DNA of 33,143 nucleotides. It comes from a virus. The notes beneath the pieces are model-generated. The model did no database searches. It was given only the letters and a program-made list of their open reading frames with translations, and had not been told where the DNA came from. The translations under genes were made by a program, and so were the position numbers. The stretch lies in the UHGV virus genome UHGV-0358485; one strand, 5' to 3'. Positions 1-8,938 of the stretch are shown piece by piece. Each line of letters begins with the position of its first letter. The first letter of the stretch is position 1.

Positions 1-138
1 TATGTAGAACATGTCTATAATCACTCAGCGATCATTCGTATTGAAAACACGATGGAATGTGATAAGTGGTTAGCGAAAAGCAAAGAGAATTTAGCAGTAG
101 CGAGATTGGTGGATATGGAACTAATCAATGACAAATAA
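1..138 (+). CDS. 3' end of an upstream early-region gene (partial, 45 codons, no stop until the TAA at 136-138)
   Basis: Open frame from position 1 to the stop at 136-138. Truncated by the window edge. No identifiable motif. Confidence 0.35.
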   Translation, partial: YVEHVYNHSAIIRIENTMECDKWLAKSKENLAVARLVDMELINDK

Positions 139-215
139 AAAAAGCCGGATCGCTCCGACTGATGTAATAAATCCGACAAGTTTATTATATCACATAAAAG
201 GAGCGGTTTGACTTG

Positions 216-632
216 ATGCAATTGTTACGAGAGGTAGATTTCAAACAGACAAGATGTAATGCGAGAGATGTGCTGAAGAACTTTCGGCGTTTGGAGCGGA
301 TGGCAGGTCGCTCTTTGATAGATATTAAGTCTCCGATTATTACGGATATGCCGAAGGCACCGAAGCACGGCAATAAGGCAGAAGACGCGATCATTCAGAT
401 GATGGATATAGAAGCAGAGAGAGATGCGATTTTAGCGGCTTTGATGGCTCTTAGTCTGATTAGCCGTCAGATACTCTACTACAGCTTCTGTGACGTAAAC
501 AAGCACTCTAATTATGAAATAGGGCAATTGATACGAGGATACGGAGAGAAGAACGTAGAGAAGCTGAAATCCATCGCATTAATCGAATTTGCAGAAGCGT
601 ATAAAAGAGGTTCGCTGATTGCGTACCTGTAA
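216..632 (+). CDS. ArpU-family-like late gene transcriptional regulator (putative)
   Basis: 138-aa protein. RBS AAAGGAG at 197-203, ATG at 216 (TTG at 213 also possible). Sits immediately upstream of the packaging module where ArpU/late activators lie in Enterococcus/Listeria-type phages. Family assignment is by resemblance only. Confidence 0.5.
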   Translation: MQLLREVDFKQTRCNARDVLKNFRRLERMAGRSLIDIKSPIITDMPKAPKHGNKAEDAIIQMMDIEAERDAILAALMALSLISRQILYYSFCDVNKHSNYEIGQLIRGYGEKNVEKLKSIALIEFAEAYKRGSLIAYL

Positions 633-636
633 AAAC

Positions 637-669
637 GTAGGGTTTTTGTAGGGATAGTGTAGGGTTTTT
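637..669. repeat. Three tandem 11-bp repeats: GTAGGGTTTTT, GTAGGGATAGT, GTAGGGTTTTT
   Basis: Read directly from the sequence, 5 nt after the ArpU-like stop codon. The period is one helical turn, as in a protein-binding array. Confidence 0.8.
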
Positions 670-778
670 GAGCGTTTTAACGTGATATTATGGTAGTGTC
701 GAAAGATTAGTGATAGGTCTGAGACAAAATAATAATAAAAGGAACATCGTTTTATTATTGTTTCACAATTAAGCTTCG

Positions 779-867
779 ATAGACAGTAGCGGAAATATTA
801 AGAATAAGGATGTGAATTTCAACTCCTTCTAAATTGTTCTTATTATCTATCATCCGTTGCTGTCTAT
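779..867. repeat. Imperfect ~90-bp palindromic region: arms ATAGACAGTAGCGG (779-792) and CCGTTGCTGTCTAT (854-867) match 12/14, with partial inner symmetry
   Basis: Seen in sequence. Lies in the 420-bp non-coding gap between ArpU-like and the packaging genes. Confidence 0.45.
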
Positions 868-876
868 TGTTATTAT

Positions 877-953
877 GTCACTGTGGCGGAAAGGTGTATC
901 GCTCATCTAAAATTTAGGTGCAAACTGCAAGGTTCGATTCCTTGCCAGTGACT
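877..953 (+). other. tRNA-like element or degenerate tRNA pseudogene. It has a 7-bp acceptor stem, a D-arm with GG and a canonical T-arm GGTTCGATTCC. The anticodon loop is aberrant.
   Basis: Acceptor GTCACTG/CAGTGAC. D-stem GCGG/TCGC. T-stem CAAGG/CCTTG with loop TTCGATT. Anticodon stem CATCT/AGGTG with loop AAAATTT, which gives A at position 33 and T at position 37. There is one extra nt between the T-stem and the acceptor stem. Confidence 0.35.
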
Positions 954-1092
954 TTGGTTTACGGTAATCCATAACTGCCTGTCAGTAAAACCGTACAGAG
1001 GTATAACTGCATCTCATCGCCGAGGTGTAGTTTTTACATATTAGATCACTCGTTGAGTGGTCTTTTTATTTTACACAAAGGAGGTAACAACA

Positions 1093-1260
1093 ATGTATAG
1101 ACCACAATACTTAGAACAGAAGTATGAAGTAATCACTGTGCAAAATGGTAACGGTGAGATAGTACGAAAGTATAGAAGACCAATAAAGAGCGATACATAT
1201 AAACGAAAGGAAAGCAATGAAGTTATTCCATTGTATGGCAAAAGAATAGCTAAGCATTAA
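1093..1260 (+). CDS. Small basic hypothetical protein (55 aa)
   Basis: Strong RBS AAAGGAGG 8 nt upstream of ATG 1093. The GTG at 1057 would give 67 aa. First gene of the late cluster. Confidence 0.5.
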   Translation: MYRPQYLEQKYEVITVQNGNGEIVRKYRRPIKSDTYKRKESNEVIPLYGKRIAKH

Positions 1261-1285
1261 ATAAGATTGCGAAAGGAGACGGAAC

Positions 1286-1630
1286 ATGACCGAGGAATTC
1301 TATAGATGGCTATTACAGTTGATAAGAGAAGATCGTATGGTTAAGTTCTATCAGTCTCCTAAATGGCGTAGGCTTAGAGAGAAAGCGATGAAACGAGATC
1401 ACTATGAATGCCAAGAGTGTAGAAGACTAGGTAAGTATCATAGAGTAGAGAACGTTCATCATATAAAGGAAGTCAAGGATAGACCTGACTTAGCTTTAGA
1501 TTTAGATAATCTTATTTGTTTATGTGTTGAACATCATAATGAAGTTCATGGCAGATATCTTACAGTGTTAGATAAACAAGAGAAGAAGATAGAAAGCTTT
1601 GCTAACTTCGATGCAAGTGAAAGGTGGTAA
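1286..1630 (+). CDS. HNH endonuclease (terminase-associated, cos-phage type)
   Basis: Motif HYECQECRR...HHIKEV...CLCVEHHNEVH has the Cys pairs, the HNH histidines and Asn. Sits just upstream of TerS/TerL. Confidence 0.85.
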   Translation: MTEEFYRWLLQLIREDRMVKFYQSPKWRRLREKAMKRDHYECQECRRLGKYHRVENVHHIKEVKDRPDLALDLDNLICLCVEHHNEVHGRYLTVLDKQEKKIESFANFDASERW

Positions 1631-1634
1631 GTGC

Positions 1635-1916
1635 ATGATCATCAATGACAATGGCAGAGAGTATGATACAGAGAAGATTGAAGAGTATTCATCTTATACA
1701 CAAGGATTAATTAAACGTTTGATATACGTTCGCTATGTAGGTATTAGGGATCTGTTATCAGATAACTGTTGCAGTAAATACAAAGTGAATCAAGTAAGAG
1801 AAGCGTTGAATAAAGATAATAACGTTGAAAGAATAAAAAATGTTTTTGGATATGGCATTGAAGAGATTAATTATTACATTGACTTCGCTGAAGCTTTCAT
1901 TCCGATGGTGAGATAA
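1635..1916 (+). CDS. Hypothetical protein (93 aa)
   Basis: RBS GAAAGGTGG before ATG 1635. The track ORF starts at 1599, but that start overlaps the HNH gene. Confidence 0.5.
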   Translation: MIINDNGREYDTEKIEEYSSYTQGLIKRLIYVRYVGIRDLLSDNCCSKYKVNQVREALNKDNNVERIKNVFGYGIEEINYYIDFAEAFIPMVR

Positions 1917-1967
1917 CCCCCCTTAAAATAAATCGCAAATTTTTTGGGGGTGATGAAACGGAGGGGG
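1917..1967 (+). other. GC-rich hairpin cluster (CCCCCC...GGGGG, then GAGGGGG). Candidate cos/packaging site or terminator.
   Basis: C6 at 1917-1922 and G5 at 1946-1950 flank an AT loop. A second G-run sits at 1961-1967. It lies between the HNH gene and TerS in a 35% GC genome. Confidence 0.35.
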
Positions 1968-2017
1968 CTGTCAGGAAAAGAGATTTTTTCGAACTTTATC
2001 ATGAAAGGAGGGCTAAA

Positions 2018-2332
2018 ATGTTTAAAAACGAATTGTCTCAAAATCGCTACAGAGAAAAATTACGCCGCTCTTTAATAAGCCAATTGGAAAGTCAGAAAAC
2101 AAATATTGAGCCATTCTTAGATAATGTTGATCGTTATATCAGTTTATGGGAAACGGCGATATCACTGGAAGAGGATATATCCGAGAACGGCATTAGACTG
2201 GAGAATGGTAAAAAGAATGAATCAGTAGCGTTGCTTGTTTCTGTCAACAAACAAATGGGATTGATGTTGGATAAACTTGCCATTACTCCTGAATTGGTAG
2301 GTGAAGCAAATGAATCAATTCCTGAGTTATAA
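2018..2332 (+). CDS. terS: Terminase small subunit (P27-like)
   Basis: 104-aa protein immediately upstream of and overlapping TerL. RBS GAAAGGAGGG. Typical size and position. Confidence 0.7.
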   Translation: MFKNELSQNRYREKLRRSLISQLESQKTNIEPFLDNVDRYISLWETAISLEEDISENGIRLENGKKNESVALLVSVNKQMGLMLDKLAITPELVGEANESIPEL

Positions 2333-4004
2333 GCATATTGAAAATTGGTTCAAAGCTATAGAAGAAGGCACTATCAAGGTATGCAAAGAGCAATTATTGC
2401 TAAAAAAGTATCTAGAAGAAAGAGTCTTTACTAGAGAAGATATTTACTTCGATAAGCAAATGGTAGAGGATTCAATCAATATACCAGCACAATACTTTCC
2501 ATTTGAATTAATACCGTGGGAAAAATTTCTACAATGTTTTATTTATGGAGTCCGATGGAAAAAAGATAAAACGCTTGTGTTCAATAGATATTTAACTCTG
2601 ATGGGTCGAGGAAATGGCAAAACGGGTTATGCATCATGGAACAACTTCTTTCTACTAACCGCTAAACATGGTATTAAAAATTATAATATTGACATTTTTG
2701 CGAATAATGAAGATCAAGCCAAGACTAGCTTTGAAGACGTCTATCAAGTGATTAAAGCTCATCCTGATTTAGATAAAAAAGTATTTAAAGCAACCAAGGA
2801 AGTCATTAAAAATATTGCTACAAATAGCAAACTTCGTTATAACACGGCGAACGCTAGAACAAAAGATGGTAAACGGCCAGGAGCAAACCGCTTTGATGAA
2901 ATTCACGAAAATGAAGATTATTCAATGATGAATGTAGCTACTTCTGGTGGTGGTAAAATTCGAGATTATAGAGAATTTTATGATACAACTAATGGTCATG
3001 TTCGAGGTGGACCACTTGATGACATTATAGAAGAATCAAAAATGATTCTTTCTGGAGAACTTGGAATTGATAAGGATGGAGCAGAATTTTCTAGTTTGTT
3101 TCCATTTATTTGTCGCTTGGATAACGACAATGAAGTTGATGATCCTGACATGTGGGAAAAAGCTTGTCCAACTATTAATTACAATGCAGATCTAAAACGG
3201 AAAATGTTTCAAGAATACTCTCAAATGCAACGTAATGCTGGTTTAAGACTTACGTTCATGACGAAACGAATGAACAGACCAATGGAAGACACACGCTTTG
3301 CTGTAGCTTCATATGATGATGTTCTTCATACGAAAGAAAAAGAATTTCCTGAAAAAATGGATGAAGTGATAGGAACAGTCGATTTTGCTGATAGACGAGA
3401 TTTTGCCAGCGTTGGGTTGCTAGGAAAATATGATAAAGATGTGTATTTTACACAACATACTTTTATCCACGAATCAGCTCTTCGATTACAGAACATAAAA
3501 CGAGAGATTATAGATATTTCTATAGATCAAGGTAAATCACAGATCGTTCATGGGAAAAATATAGAAGCTGATTATATCGTAGGTTGGTTTCTTGAAATGA
3601 GTAATAAATATTACATTAAAAAAATCTCTATGGATATGTACCGTGCAAAAATATTGAAGCCCGCTTTAGAAGAAGCAGGTTTTACTGTAGAAATTGTTCG
3701 AAGCGGATCTGTTACACATGGTATGTTAAAAGATCTGGTTGATGACCTTTTTATTAATCAACGTTTATATTTTGGTGATGATGCAATTATGCGTTGGTAT
3801 TGCATGAATGTATATGAAGAGCATATTTCTAATGGGAATATACGCTATGAAAAAATAGAACCTGAAACTAGAAAAACGGATGGCTTTTTTTCATTCCTTC
3901 ATGGTTTGAATTTTTTAGATGATATTTATGATTCTGCTCCTGTAACAGTCACAAATAGCTCAGTAGAAAATACAGGAACTGGATTTACTCCTCTAGTATT
4001 CTAA
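2301..4004 (+). CDS. terL: Terminase large subunit
   Basis: 567 aa. ATPase P-loop-like LMGRGNGKTGYAS. Acidic nuclease-type C-terminal half. Overlaps the TerS stop. Confidence 0.9.
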   Translation: MKQMNQFLSYKHIENWFKAIEEGTIKVCKEQLLLKKYLEERVFTREDIYFDKQMVEDSINIPAQYFPFELIPWEKFLQCFIYGVRWKKDKTLVFNRYLTLMGRGNGKTGYASWNNFFLLTAKHGIKNYNIDIFANNEDQAKTSFEDVYQVIKAHPDLDKKVFKATKEVIKNIATNSKLRYNTANARTKDGKRPGANRFDEIHENEDYSMMNVATSGGGKIRDYREFYDTTNGHVRGGPLDDIIEESKMILSGELGIDKDGAEFSSLFPFICRLDNDNEVDDPDMWEKACPTINYNADLKRKMFQEYSQMQRNAGLRLTFMTKRMNRPMEDTRFAVASYDDVLHTKEKEFPEKMDEVIGTVDFADRRDFASVGLLGKYDKDVYFTQHTFIHESALRLQNIKREIIDISIDQGKSQIVHGKNIEADYIVGWFLEMSNKYYIKKISMDMYRAKILKPALEEAGFTVEIVRSGSVTHGMLKDLVDDLFINQRLYFGDDAIMRWYCMNVYEEHISNGNIRYEKIEPETRKTDGFFSFLHGLNFLDDIYDSAPVTVTNSSVENTGTGFTPLVF

Positions 4005-4023
4005 CTTGAAAGGAGGTGAGAAA

Positions 4024-5202
4024 GTGGGGATTTTTCAAAAGGCGGTAGGATACTTCACAAAAAAAGCAACGGTTCCTTTAGAAGAATACTTTTGTAAATT
4101 GCAAGTTGATTTTGTGTATCGAAAATTTGCGATTGAAACTTGTATTGATTTGATTGCAAATGCGATGAGTAAAGCAGAATTCAAGTCATATGAAGATGGA
4201 AAAAATAAAAAGAATGATCTGTACTATAGGCTGAATGTAGCTCCTAATAAGAAAAATAATGCAACAGAATTTAGAAAAAAACTGATCAGGAGATTAATAT
4301 TCTACAATGAAGTATTGATCGTTTCTCCATCTAATAATTCTAGCGAAATATTTATTGCGGATAGTTGGGATGTCACAGAATATGCATTGAAAGATGATGT
4401 GTTTTCTCAAGTGCAAATTAACAATATAGTCCTTGATAGAGAATTTCTAGAAAGTGATGTTATCTATATAAAATACGCAGATCAACAAATTAGGCAACTA
4501 GTTGATGCGTATTATCAAGCGTATGGGAAACTCATTTCTAGTGCTATGAATGTTTACAAGCGTTCTAACGCTCGTAGATACGTACTGAAAGGTAATTTAT
4601 TCCGTTCGCAAGACAATACAACACAAGATCAAATCAATAAAATGATGACATCGCAGTTCAAACCATTCATGGAAGCGGACAATGCAGGGGCAGTATTCCA
4701 ACTACAAGAAGGATTCAATTTAGAAGATTTCAGCGGAAACTTCCAAAGCAATTCAAGAGATATAAAAAACTTAATAGACGACATCTTTGAGATGACAGCA
4801 GCAGCGTTTCACGTTCCGAAAAACCTACTAAAGGGAGACATGAGTGGGTTATCGGATCAAGTGGACGCTTTTTTAATGTTCGAAATCATACCGATTGCTG
4901 AACTTATTCAGGATGCGTTTAACGCTAGTCTCTATGAAGCAGAAGAATACTTGTCAGGGAATTTTGTACGTGTGGATACAACTATGATCAAGATTACTAG
5001 CTTCAAAGATTTGGTTGACGCTATTGATGTAGGCATTAGAAATGGGGTATTTACAATCAACGAAGGAAGAGAACGCGTTGGAAATGATCGCTCTGATAAG
5101 GCGATGGCAGATGAAATATTTATAACTAAAAACAACCAACAAGTATCGAAAGGAGGTGAGGCGAATGACAACAATGAAAACATTTCTAGCAGTAAAGAAT
5201 GA
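4024..5202 (+). CDS. Portal protein
   Basis: About 392 aa directly after TerL. RBS AAAGGAGGTGAG at 4009-4020 and GTG at 4024. The track TTG at 4006 lies inside the RBS. Confidence 0.85.
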   Translation: MGIFQKAVGYFTKKATVPLEEYFCKLQVDFVYRKFAIETCIDLIANAMSKAEFKSYEDGKNKKNDLYYRLNVAPNKKNNATEFRKKLIRRLIFYNEVLIVSPSNNSSEIFIADSWDVTEYALKDDVFSQVQINNIVLDREFLESDVIYIKYADQQIRQLVDAYYQAYGKLISSAMNVYKRSNARRYVLKGNLFRSQDNTTQDQINKMMTSQFKPFMEADNAGAVFQLQEGFNLEDFSGNFQSNSRDIKNLIDDIFEMTAAAFHVPKNLLKGDMSGLSDQVDAFLMFEIIPIAELIQDAFNASLYEAEEYLSGNFVRVDTTMIKITSFKDLVDAIDVGIRNGVFTINEGRERVGNDRSDKAMADEIFITKNNQQVSKGGEANDNNENISSSKE

Positions 5203-5851
5203 AGGCACAGTACCGCAAATTTTTATTCAGGGATTTATTGGTTCTAGTTGGTTCTTTGAAGGGAATACTGACAAGGGAATCAAAAATATTTTGGATAGTC
5301 TAGGTGATCAAGAAGAAATTGAAGTAGTGATTAATTCAAACGGTGGAGACGTATTTCAAGGGATTGCTATTGGGAACTTACTTAAGTCAAATAAAGCAAA
5401 AGTTAACGTTGTGATTAACGGCTTAGCCGCTAGTGCTGCTTCAATTATCGCAATGGCTGGCGATACTATAAAAATCTACAACAATGCACAATTGATGATT
5501 CACCGCGCTTCCACATATGGAGAAGGAAATGTCGATGATTTTCGCACGATTGCTGACCAACTGGAATCAATTGATAAATCGGTAAAGGCTTCATATAAAA
5601 CACGATTCAACGGTACAGATGAAGCATTGCAAGAACTTCTTGAAAAAGAATCGTTTATGGATGCAGAAACAGCTTTGAGTTATGGATTGGTCGATGAAAT
5701 TATCGATGCAGAAAATAGCGCAGGTACTGAAGCTAAGAAAGAACAAAGCGTTGAAGAAATTTTGAATGACGTTGAAGAAAAAAGAGCAGAAAAAATTGCT
5801 GCATTTACAGCAGCATTAAATAAAACATTTGGACAAGGAGATGCAAAATAA
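5165..5851 (+). CDS. Prohead (head maturation) protease, ClpP/S14-like, with a helical C-terminal extension
   Basis: Motif VINSNGGDVFQGIAIGN...GLAASAASIIAMAGD...MIHRAS is a ClpP-type Ser-His protease core. RBS AGGAGG at 5151-5156 and ATG at 5165. Confidence 0.85.
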   Translation: MTTMKTFLAVKNEGTVPQIFIQGFIGSSWFFEGNTDKGIKNILDSLGDQEEIEVVINSNGGDVFQGIAIGNLLKSNKAKVNVVINGLAASAASIIAMAGDTIKIYNNAQLMIHRASTYGEGNVDDFRTIADQLESIDKSVKASYKTRFNGTDEALQELLEKESFMDAETALSYGLVDEIIDAENSAGTEAKKEQSVEEILNDVEEKRAEKIAAFTAALNKTFGQGDAK

Positions 5852-7011
5852 TGACAGTTAAAAATTTAAAAGGTGTAACAGCTGCAAGCGACCAATTGAT
5901 GAAAGCTTTTAAAGATGGTAACGAAGAATCTTTTAGCGCAGCTATGGTAAGTTTATCTAAGGAAATTCAGGATAAAATTTTAGAAGAAGCAACAGCAAAA
6001 AATCAAGATCAATTAGTATTAATGAACCGTGGTCAGCGTGTACTAACTACACAAGAAACAAAATTCTATAACGAAGTAGTGAATAACGAAGGTTTTGCAG
6101 GAGTTGAAGAATTAGTACCAGCTACTGTATTTGAACGCGTATTTGAAGATCTAGAACAATCTCATCCACTATTGCAAAAAATTACTTTTGTTAACACAAC
6201 TGGTGTAACAGAATGGATTGTGTCACGTGGAGTCAATCCAGCATGGTGGGGTAAACTTTGCGAAGCTGTTAAAAAAGTTTTAGATAATGGCTTTGACGTA
6301 ATTAACATGAAGCAGTTCAAGCTATCAGGTTATATTCCTGTATGTAAGGCAATGCTTGACTTAGGTCCAGTATGGTTAGATCGTTATGTCCGTACTGTTT
6401 TAGTAGAATCATTGAGAATTGCATTAGAACAAGCAATCGTTGATGGTACTGGTAAAGATATGCCAGTCGGAATGATGCGTGATATGAGCAAACAAACTAG
6501 CGGAGAATATGCTGAAAAAACAGCAGAACCTATTACAGCTTTAGATGCTGCAACTATGGGCGGTTTGATGGCGCGACTATCGAAATTCAATATCGAAGGT
6601 GTAGATGATCCGATTTATCGTAATGTAAATCCTTCTGATGTAGTCCTAATTGTGAATCCAACAGATTACTGGGCTAAAGTTTTCCCAGCTAAGACTGTAC
6701 TAACTGCTAATGGAGAATATGTACAAGTATTGCCAGTACCAGTTTCAGACTTGCAGTCAACTGCTGTGCCAGAAGGAAAAGCAGTTATTGGGGTAGCTTC
6801 AGATTACTTTATGGGTGTAGGATCTACGCTGAAAATTGAAGCTTCAGATGAATACCATTTTGTTGAAGACGAACGCATTTATCTAGCTAAACAATATGCA
6901 AATGGGCAACCTAAACGCAACGATAGTTTCATTGTGTTAGATATTAGCGCTTTGGGAACTACTACTACAACTACAAAACCAACAACCACAACAACTACAA
7001 CACAAGCGTAG
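5851..7011 (+). CDS. Major capsid protein. Unusual C-terminal tail GTTTTTTKPTTTTTTTQA.
   Basis: 386 aa immediately after the prohead protease. ATGA overlap with the protease stop. Poly-Thr tail encoded at 6955-7008. Confidence 0.75.
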   Translation: MTVKNLKGVTAASDQLMKAFKDGNEESFSAAMVSLSKEIQDKILEEATAKNQDQLVLMNRGQRVLTTQETKFYNEVVNNEGFAGVEELVPATVFERVFEDLEQSHPLLQKITFVNTTGVTEWIVSRGVNPAWWGKLCEAVKKVLDNGFDVINMKQFKLSGYIPVCKAMLDLGPVWLDRYVRTVLVESLRIALEQAIVDGTGKDMPVGMMRDMSKQTSGEYAEKTAEPITALDAATMGGLMARLSKFNIEGVDDPIYRNVNPSDVVLIVNPTDYWAKVFPAKTVLTANGEYVQVLPVPVSDLQSTAVPEGKAVIGVASDYFMGVGSTLKIEASDEYHFVEDERIYLAKQYANGQPKRNDSFIVLDISALGTTTTTTKPTTTTTTTQA

Positions 7012-7020
7012 GTGATCAGA

Positions 7021-7896
7021 ATGAAGTATATTCTTTGTCAGCCGGCAATCAATCGGTTTAAATGGGAGCTTGAAGTTTGTTTAACTAATCTGAAGAAACT
7101 AGGAATCAAAGATATCGTATTGCTTTTCAGCAGACACGATGATCAGATTCCTATTTTTTTTGAGAAGGAATATGGCGTTGAAGTTCATGTGTACGATGAT
7201 CTGCGGGACGACAAAGAGTATATTCCTTCGATTAAACCATATTTATGGTGGAAATATTTAGAAGAAGATCATTCGCGTGAGGACGATCGATATTTCTATA
7301 TCGATTCGGATGTCATTTTCAATAAAAGAATTAATTTGCGCAAATTGCCTTCTAAAGATGATGTTTGGTATTGTAGCGACTGCTGTAGTTATTTAAGTCT
7401 TGATTATATTAGAAGCTGTGAAAACGGAGAAAATATTCTAAAAGATATGGCAAACATTGTAAATGTTACAGTAGAATCTTTGGAAACTATAAACACTAAT
7501 TCAGGAGGCGCACAGTGGGTTATTAACCGTCCTAAAGCGAATTATTGGAAAAAGGTTTATCTAGATTCTAATCGGCTATATCGCTACCTTAGAGGGCAAA
7601 AAACAAATTTACAGATTTGGACAGCCGAGATGTGGGCACAGCTTTGGAACATGATGTATTTCAATATTGGTCCTAAAGTTCACGAGGAATTAGACTTTTG
7701 TTTTGCTACCGATCCAATAGAAAAAGTTAAAGAAGTAAAAATCTTACACAATGCTGGAGTAACAACAAACGATGAAGATTTATTTTTCAAAGGGAGATAC
7801 GTGACTTCTACGCCTTTTGATGAAGATTTATCATTTGTAAACAAGAAAAAATGCTCTTACGCATATGTTAAAGCAATTAAGGCGGTGGTTAGATGA
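7021..7896 (+). CDS. Putative GT-A-fold (GT8-like) glycosyltransferase. Candidate virion-protein glycosyltransferase.
   Basis: DxD-type motif RYFYIDSDVIF. Downstream NSGGAQWVINRPKANYWKK resembles the GT8 FNSGV..IN..KWR motif. C-terminal ILHNAG resembles the GT8 H-x-G..KPW region. No TM segment. ATG at 7021 with AGGTGA upstream; GTG at 7012 is also possible. Motif-based call only. Confidence 0.45.
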   Translation: MKYILCQPAINRFKWELEVCLTNLKKLGIKDIVLLFSRHDDQIPIFFEKEYGVEVHVYDDLRDDKEYIPSIKPYLWWKYLEEDHSREDDRYFYIDSDVIFNKRINLRKLPSKDDVWYCSDCCSYLSLDYIRSCENGENILKDMANIVNVTVESLETINTNSGGAQWVINRPKANYWKKVYLDSNRLYRYLRGQKTNLQIWTAEMWAQLWNMMYFNIGPKVHEELDFCFATDPIEKVKEVKILHNAGVTTNDEDLFFKGRYVTSTPFDEDLSFVNKKKCSYAYVKAIKAVVR

Positions 7897-8204
7897 CGCC
7901 TGAACAAGTGACTGAAGAATTGCTAATAGCTGTGAAGGATAATATTTACGTTACCTGGAACGAAGAAGATGAGTCAATTAAAAAGATGATAGCTAAAAAT
8001 GCTGTTTATCTTCAAAGTAAAGTGAGTACAACACTTTCTTTTTCTCCTGAAAGCTTAGAATACGGATTGCTAATCGAAAGATGTAGATACGACTGGAATC
8101 GTGCTTTAGATGAGTTTGAACAAAATTTTGCTAGTGAGTTATTAGGTTTCATTCAACATTATGCGCTACAAGAATATATTGCAGGTGATGGGAATGGCGA
8201 ATAA
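7893..8204 (+). CDS. Head-tail connector (gp6/SPP1 gp15-like)
   Basis: 103 aa. ATGA overlap with the previous gene. First of the MCP-to-MTP small-protein series. Confidence 0.55.
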   Translation: MTPEQVTEELLIAVKDNIYVTWNEEDESIKKMIAKNAVYLQSKVSTTLSFSPESLEYGLLIERCRYDWNRALDEFEQNFASELLGFIQHYALQEYIAGDGNGE

Positions 8205-8547
8205 TCGTAGACTCGAAGAAACATTCAACGATGGTTGGTTAAAGATTTTGACGCAAACTACCAAAAGAAATGAACTAGGAAAAAAGATTGGTGTAGAAGA
8301 TACAGAAATCACTTCTTTAAAATTTAGAAATCTTTCCATGAGAGATAGTGATATAACAGCTATGGATGCGATGGGATCGAAATTAACTAAGAAAGTAAAG
8401 ACTCCATTTCATCCAATCGCCAAGAAATTTAATAAAGATCAATATTTTATCGTAATCGATAGTATGCGTTACAACGTTATCTATGCCGATTACGATAATT
8501 TTTATATCTATTTTTATCTTGAAAGTGTGGGTGAATATGGTGATTGA
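8194..8547 (+). CDS. Head closure / head-tail adaptor protein (SPP1 gp16-like)
   Basis: About 117 aa. ATG at 8194 or 8188, overlapping the previous stop. Typical size and position. Confidence 0.5.
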   Translation: MANNRRLEETFNDGWLKILTQTTKRNELGKKIGVEDTEITSLKFRNLSMRDSDITAMDAMGSKLTKKVKTPFHPIAKKFNKDQYFIVIDSMRYNVIYADYDNFYIYFYLESVGEYGD

Positions 8548-8938
8548 TAATTCTAAAGAAAAAGAACGTTTAAATAAGCAAATTTCTGCTATCAAAACTT
8601 CCTTAGAAGAACATTTTGGCCTCAAACTCTTTCAAGACTCCGTAGGCGAGGATGAGCTACCTGATGATTTTAATTACTTCATTCTCGAAACAGGAGAAAT
8701 AGAAATGATCACTGAACCAAAATATAGCGTGGGTCAAAATCTATATCTAACTTTCTATTCAGAAAATAGAGAAGATTTAACAGGAGATTCACTAGATATT
8801 ATTTCATTGATTCAAAATCGTTCGATTCGTTTTCAGAGAATGGATCCCAACCATTTAAAACTAGAAAATCAAGATCGCTATATCGATCAATTGGTATTTA
8901 CGTTTAGACGATTATTGAAGAGTGATTGTCATGGCTAA
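8537..8938 (+). CDS. Head-tail joining / neck protein
   Basis: 133 aa. ATG at 8537. Position in the neck gene series. Confidence 0.45.
   Translation: MVIDNSKEKERLNKQISAIKTSLEEHFGLKLFQDSVGEDELPDDFNYFILETGEIEMITEPKYSVGQNLYLTFYSENREDLTGDSLDIISLIQNRSIRFQRMDPNHLKLENQDRYIDQLVFTFRRLLKSDCHG

Noticed and set aside
21-394. Minus ORFs 21-221 and 185-394
   Set aside because: Antisense to the partial upstream gene and to the ArpU-like gene. No RBS.
637-669. CRISPR array
   Set aside because: Only three 11-bp tandem units with no spacers, and no longer repeat-spacer periodicity anywhere in the window. No cas-like genes.
877-953. Calling the 877-953 cloverleaf a functional tRNA-Ile
   Set aside because: The anticodon loop has A at position 33 and T at position 37 with a nominal anticodon AAT. 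There is an extra nucleotide between the T-stem and the acceptor stem. It is kept only as a tRNA-like element or pseudogene pending tRNAscan.
4932-5208. Minus-strand ORFs 4932-5183 and 4954-5208
   Set aside because: Antisense to the well-supported portal and protease genes, with no RBS. Typical spurious antisense ORFs.
6384-6590. Minus-strand ORF inside the capsid gene
   Set aside because: Antisense to the capsid gene, no RBS.
6955-7008. Poly-Thr tails as sortase/LPXTG-type anchoring signals or assembly artefacts
   Set aside because: There is no LPXTG motif or hydrophobic anchor. The same motif is encoded twice with different codons, so it is not a misassembly. The glycosylation-substrate interpretation is preferred.
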